Of a stretch of DNA of 64,000 bases, positions 61,692-64,000 are shown piece after piece (position 1 is the stretch's first letter; each line of letters starts with the position of its first letter). The notes under the pieces were generated by a model. It was not told the DNA's origin and searched no databases. It worked only from the letters and a program-made list of their open reading frames with translations. Location: IMG/VR virus record IMGVR_UViG_3300027908_000004; one strand, written 5' to 3'. Source of the stretch: a virus. The translations under genes were made by a program, and so were the position numbers.

Positions 61692-62264
61692 TTAAGTCGC
61701 GGTGAAGAGTACTGGGTAATTAAGAATCGCGGTATTGGGGCCAGCAGCCGAACCAGTGGCTTGGCTGATGACGATGCCGGAAACCTGATTGCCCGAGCCA
61801 GTGCCGGGGGTGGTTGAAAACAATTCACCAGCGGTAGCGGCAACGGTATAAAGCAGCGCGTTCTTGGTGGTGGAAGCGGCGGTGGTGACGTTCGGGCAGT
61901 TACCTGCGCGCTGCACCCAGAAGTAGGTAGCAGTCTGCGAGCCGGTGGGGGCGGGCACCACAATGGAACCAGTGGAACCACCGACAACGCCAAGCAGTGA
62001 GCCATACGCGCCCGCCGCAGCGGAGCCGCCAACCAGAGCCACCGACCAAGTGTTGGGGACGTTACTGATGGCTACGACGTTACCAGCAGTAATGGTGATG
62101 CTGGCGGTGCAGTAAACCCACTCAGAACCGTCAGTGCCCCAAGCAAGGGTGCCGACGTGGAACGGGGGGTTGGGGTACTCAGGGGTAGCCGTGCTGAGGA
62201 TGAACACCGAGTTGATATCGATGCCAGACTCGTTGGTTGTGCTATAGATTGCTGTAACAGCCAT
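61692..62264 (-). CDS. Ser/Thr/Gly/Ala-rich structural-module protein (190 aa), probably highly expressed
   Basis: ORF track entry. Has its own 150-bp upstream intergenic region with AACAGGAA before the ATG, and a terminator immediately downstream. Confidence 0.65.
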   Translation of the reverse strand: MAVTAIYSTTNESGIDINSVFILSTATPEYPNPPFHVGTLAWGTDGSEWVYCTASITITAGNVVAISNVPNTWSVALVGGSAAAGAYGSLLGVVGGSTGSIVVPAPTGSQTATYFWVQRAGNCPNVTTAASTTKNALLYTVAATAGELFSTTPGTGSGNQVSGIVISQATGSAAGPNTAILNYPVLFTAT

Positions 62265-62414
62265 TTCAGAATTCCTGTTGCTGAGTTGTGAAAATTACCG
62301 GCGCTCAGCGTATGGATGGGTTTCCACGGAAGCTAGGCAGCCAATCTACGCCACTATTCCATGTGATTGGTTTCACATGCTTCTTCTACTAAAGATAGAC
62401 CATTGGGTCAAGCA

Positions 62415-63578
62415 TTAACGATTCATCAGATTTCCGACATTTCCAATAAACTTGACGATGTGATCATATGGCAAGTTTACGGGCGGTGGCAGAAGTATGG
62501 CTCCGTTTATGTCAGGCTGCACAATTGGTAGGGGCAATGGCCCACGGGGATTCGGCCAATCTGTTCTATAGAACGGCGGGTACAGCTTAGGCAGCGGAAG
62601 CGGGGTAGCTAACTCAAACTGAAGCGGTGCTAGCCGTTGCGCCCCTCTGGGGTTCGGGAAATCAATAGGTGTGAATGGTACGAGGGTGACCAGCCCCTTG
62701 TAATTAGAGTACTCAAATTGAACCGGAAGTGGCCGTGCCCCTTTAGGGATAGGCCAATCCAGCAACGAAAAAGGTTGTGCTCCAGTATTAAGAAATGCTG
62801 GGGTTGACAGATTCTCAAACTGCGGATTCCTAGTGTACCCTTTAGGAACGGGCCAATCAGCTTGCGCAAACGGTGCAGCCGGAACGAGTGCCAGAAATTG
62901 GGCATATTCAAACTGAATTGGAATGGGCCGCGCGCCTTTTGGCACCGGCCAATCAGACTGGGCAAAAGGTTCCGCACCTGTGATCAGGAATGACGGGGAG
63001 TAACCAAATTCAAACTGCGGATTACGGGTTGGGCCTTTAGGAACGGGCCAGTCAAGCTGGTAGAACGGCTCCGTGCCCGTATTCAAATACGACGGCAGGC
63101 TGCCTTGCTGGTATTGAACAATTGCCTTGGTGGCAATTACTGGATTAGGCCACGAAGTCTGGGCAAACGGATAGATTACATTCGTTAGGGCTAGTGGGCT
63201 TGCCGCATCAAATTGAACCGGAAGTGGCCGTGGCCCCTTTGGAACCGGCCAATCCAACTGAACGAAGGGTTCAACGCCCTTTAGCAGAAATGCGGGAGTT
63301 GACGGGTTCTCAAACTGGGGGTTACGTCTGTACCCTTTAGGAACGGGCCAGTCGCTTTGCAGGAACGGCTTAGTACCTGTTACCAAGAATGACGGGAATG
63401 CGGCCTGCTCAAATTGAATCGCGGGTCGCGCAGTTACTCTAGGATTCGGAAAATCTACAGGGAGAAACGGAGTTGCCACGACCGCTGTGAGCAGGGCAAG
63501 TGGGGCCGCATAGGAAAAAGATTGGTCTAACCCACGGGCAGACGGTAGTTCAGTTCTATTTAGTGGGCGAAACGTCAT
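62415..63578 (-). CDS. tandem-repeat protein (10 PF-x-Q-x-DWP-x-P-[KR]-G units)
   Basis: Repeat units read from the translation: PFLQSDWPVPKG, PFVQLDWPVPKG, PFYQLDWPVPKG, PFAQSDWPVPKG, PFAQADWPVPKG, PFSLLDWPIPKG, plus four diverged copies. Confidence 0.65.
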   Translation of the reverse strand: MTFRPLNRTELPSARGLDQSFSYAAPLALLTAVVATPFLPVDFPNPRVTARPAIQFEQAAFPSFLVTGTKPFLQSDWPVPKGYRRNPQFENPSTPAFLLKGVEPFVQLDWPVPKGPRPLPVQFDAASPLALTNVIYPFAQTSWPNPVIATKAIVQYQQGSLPSYLNTGTEPFYQLDWPVPKGPTRNPQFEFGYSPSFLITGAEPFAQSDWPVPKGARPIPIQFEYAQFLALVPAAPFAQADWPVPKGYTRNPQFENLSTPAFLNTGAQPFSLLDWPIPKGARPLPVQFEYSNYKGLVTLVPFTPIDFPNPRGAQRLAPLQFELATPLPLPKLYPPFYRTDWPNPRGPLPLPIVQPDINGAILLPPPVNLPYDHIVKFIGNVGNLMNR

Positions 63579-64000
63579 TTACATCCACACTTGCGGGTAC
63601 AGAACATCTCCGACGCTAGCGGGATTAAGGAAGAACGCAACCGTCGCCCACTCAAACCCAGTTCCTATTGTTCCAGAAGGCGCAAAGGCTCCAGTAATGC
63701 CTGTCGCGGAATAGACAATTGCAGGACCGAAATAGTACGGAGAAGTGGACTGCTCTTGGTTTACAGCTGGAGACCCAGGATCAGTGGTACTGCCAGAGCC
63801 CGCGTCTATCAGAGCAACACCGACCCACACCGAACCGGAGCCGGGAGATGTCTGCGAAGCAAAGGTAAATGTAGTCGCACTCGAAGAGTTAAATCCGGGA
63901 CCGGTTGCGAAGGGACTTGAAGTGTTCACGCCGCTCCAGGCAGCGCCGGACCACTGTTCAATGAAACCATCCTGGCAAGTTATCGTCCAGCTTTGACCCC
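63579..64000 (-). CDS. Ser/Thr/Gly-rich protein, probably 5'-truncated by the window edge
   Basis: The frame of track ORF 63579..63929 stays open upstream to position 64000. The GTG at 63929 may therefore be internal. Confidence 0.5.
   Translation of the reverse strand, partial: GQSWTITCQDGFIEQWSGAAWSGVNTSSPFATGPGFNSSSATTFTFASQTSPGSGSVWVGVALIDAGSGSTTDPGSPAVNQEQSTSPYYFGPAIVYSATGITGAFAPSGTIGTGFEWATVAFFLNPASVGDVLYPQVWM

Noticed and set aside
1-64000. Lysogeny module, diversity-generating retroelement, retron or toxin-antitoxin pair
   Set aside because: No integrase, recombinase, reverse transcriptase, or recognisable toxin fold was seen in any frame. The single XRE-type HTH is not sufficient evidence of a lysogeny switch.

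Overview
This window reads as a contiguous stretch of a dsDNA tailed-phage genome. No rRNA, CRISPR array, transposase or integrase was seen. An alphaproteobacterial host is inferred from a GcrA homolog and a TPR-glycosyltransferase built like Caulobacter FlmG.

Layout:
- 1-39063, plus strand, early genes (0.2-9.3 kb): small genes separated by a conserved double-hairpin intergenic cassette. Includes a MoxR-like ATPase and a VWA/HExxH protein.
- 1-39063, plus strand, ORF-free leader plus tRNA-Arg(UCU) at 10.1-10.5 kb.
- 1-39063, plus strand, replication/recombination/nucleotide module: DnaB-like helicase, SNF2 helicase, AAA+ ATPase, primase, DNA methyltransferase, beta-clamp, UDG-like/PolA fusion, clamp loader, gp32-like SSB, RecA-like protein, dCMP deaminase flanked by two homing-endonuclease-like genes, PD-(D/E)XK nuclease, SbcCD and GcrA.
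- 39034-64000, minus strand: a four-gene nucleotide/phosphoesterase/GNAT block, a lysis cassette (lysozyme-family protein, class-3 lipase, holin-like peptides), three tail-fibre genes, and a long run of structural-module genes.
- No terminase, portal or clearly identifiable major capsid protein was recognised in the window.

Most unusual observations:
1. A hairpin just upstream of the tRNA has a loop that is the exact reverse complement of the 12-nt extended RBS found 7 times in the early genes. The loop also resembles the 16S rRNA 3' tail.
2. At least 14 small proteins share a C-terminal GP[NH]G-helix tail, joined to three different N-terminal modules.
3. The early intergenic cassette has a first hairpin whose stem sequence covaries between copies.
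4. An ORF-poor, hairpin-dense 590-bp region carries a minus-strand intrinsic terminator.
5. A TPR-GT9-like glycosyltransferase sits inside the structural module next to Ser/Thr-rich proteins.
6. A 387-aa protein contains 10 DWPVPKG-type repeats.

All functional calls come from motifs read by eye. No database search was run.
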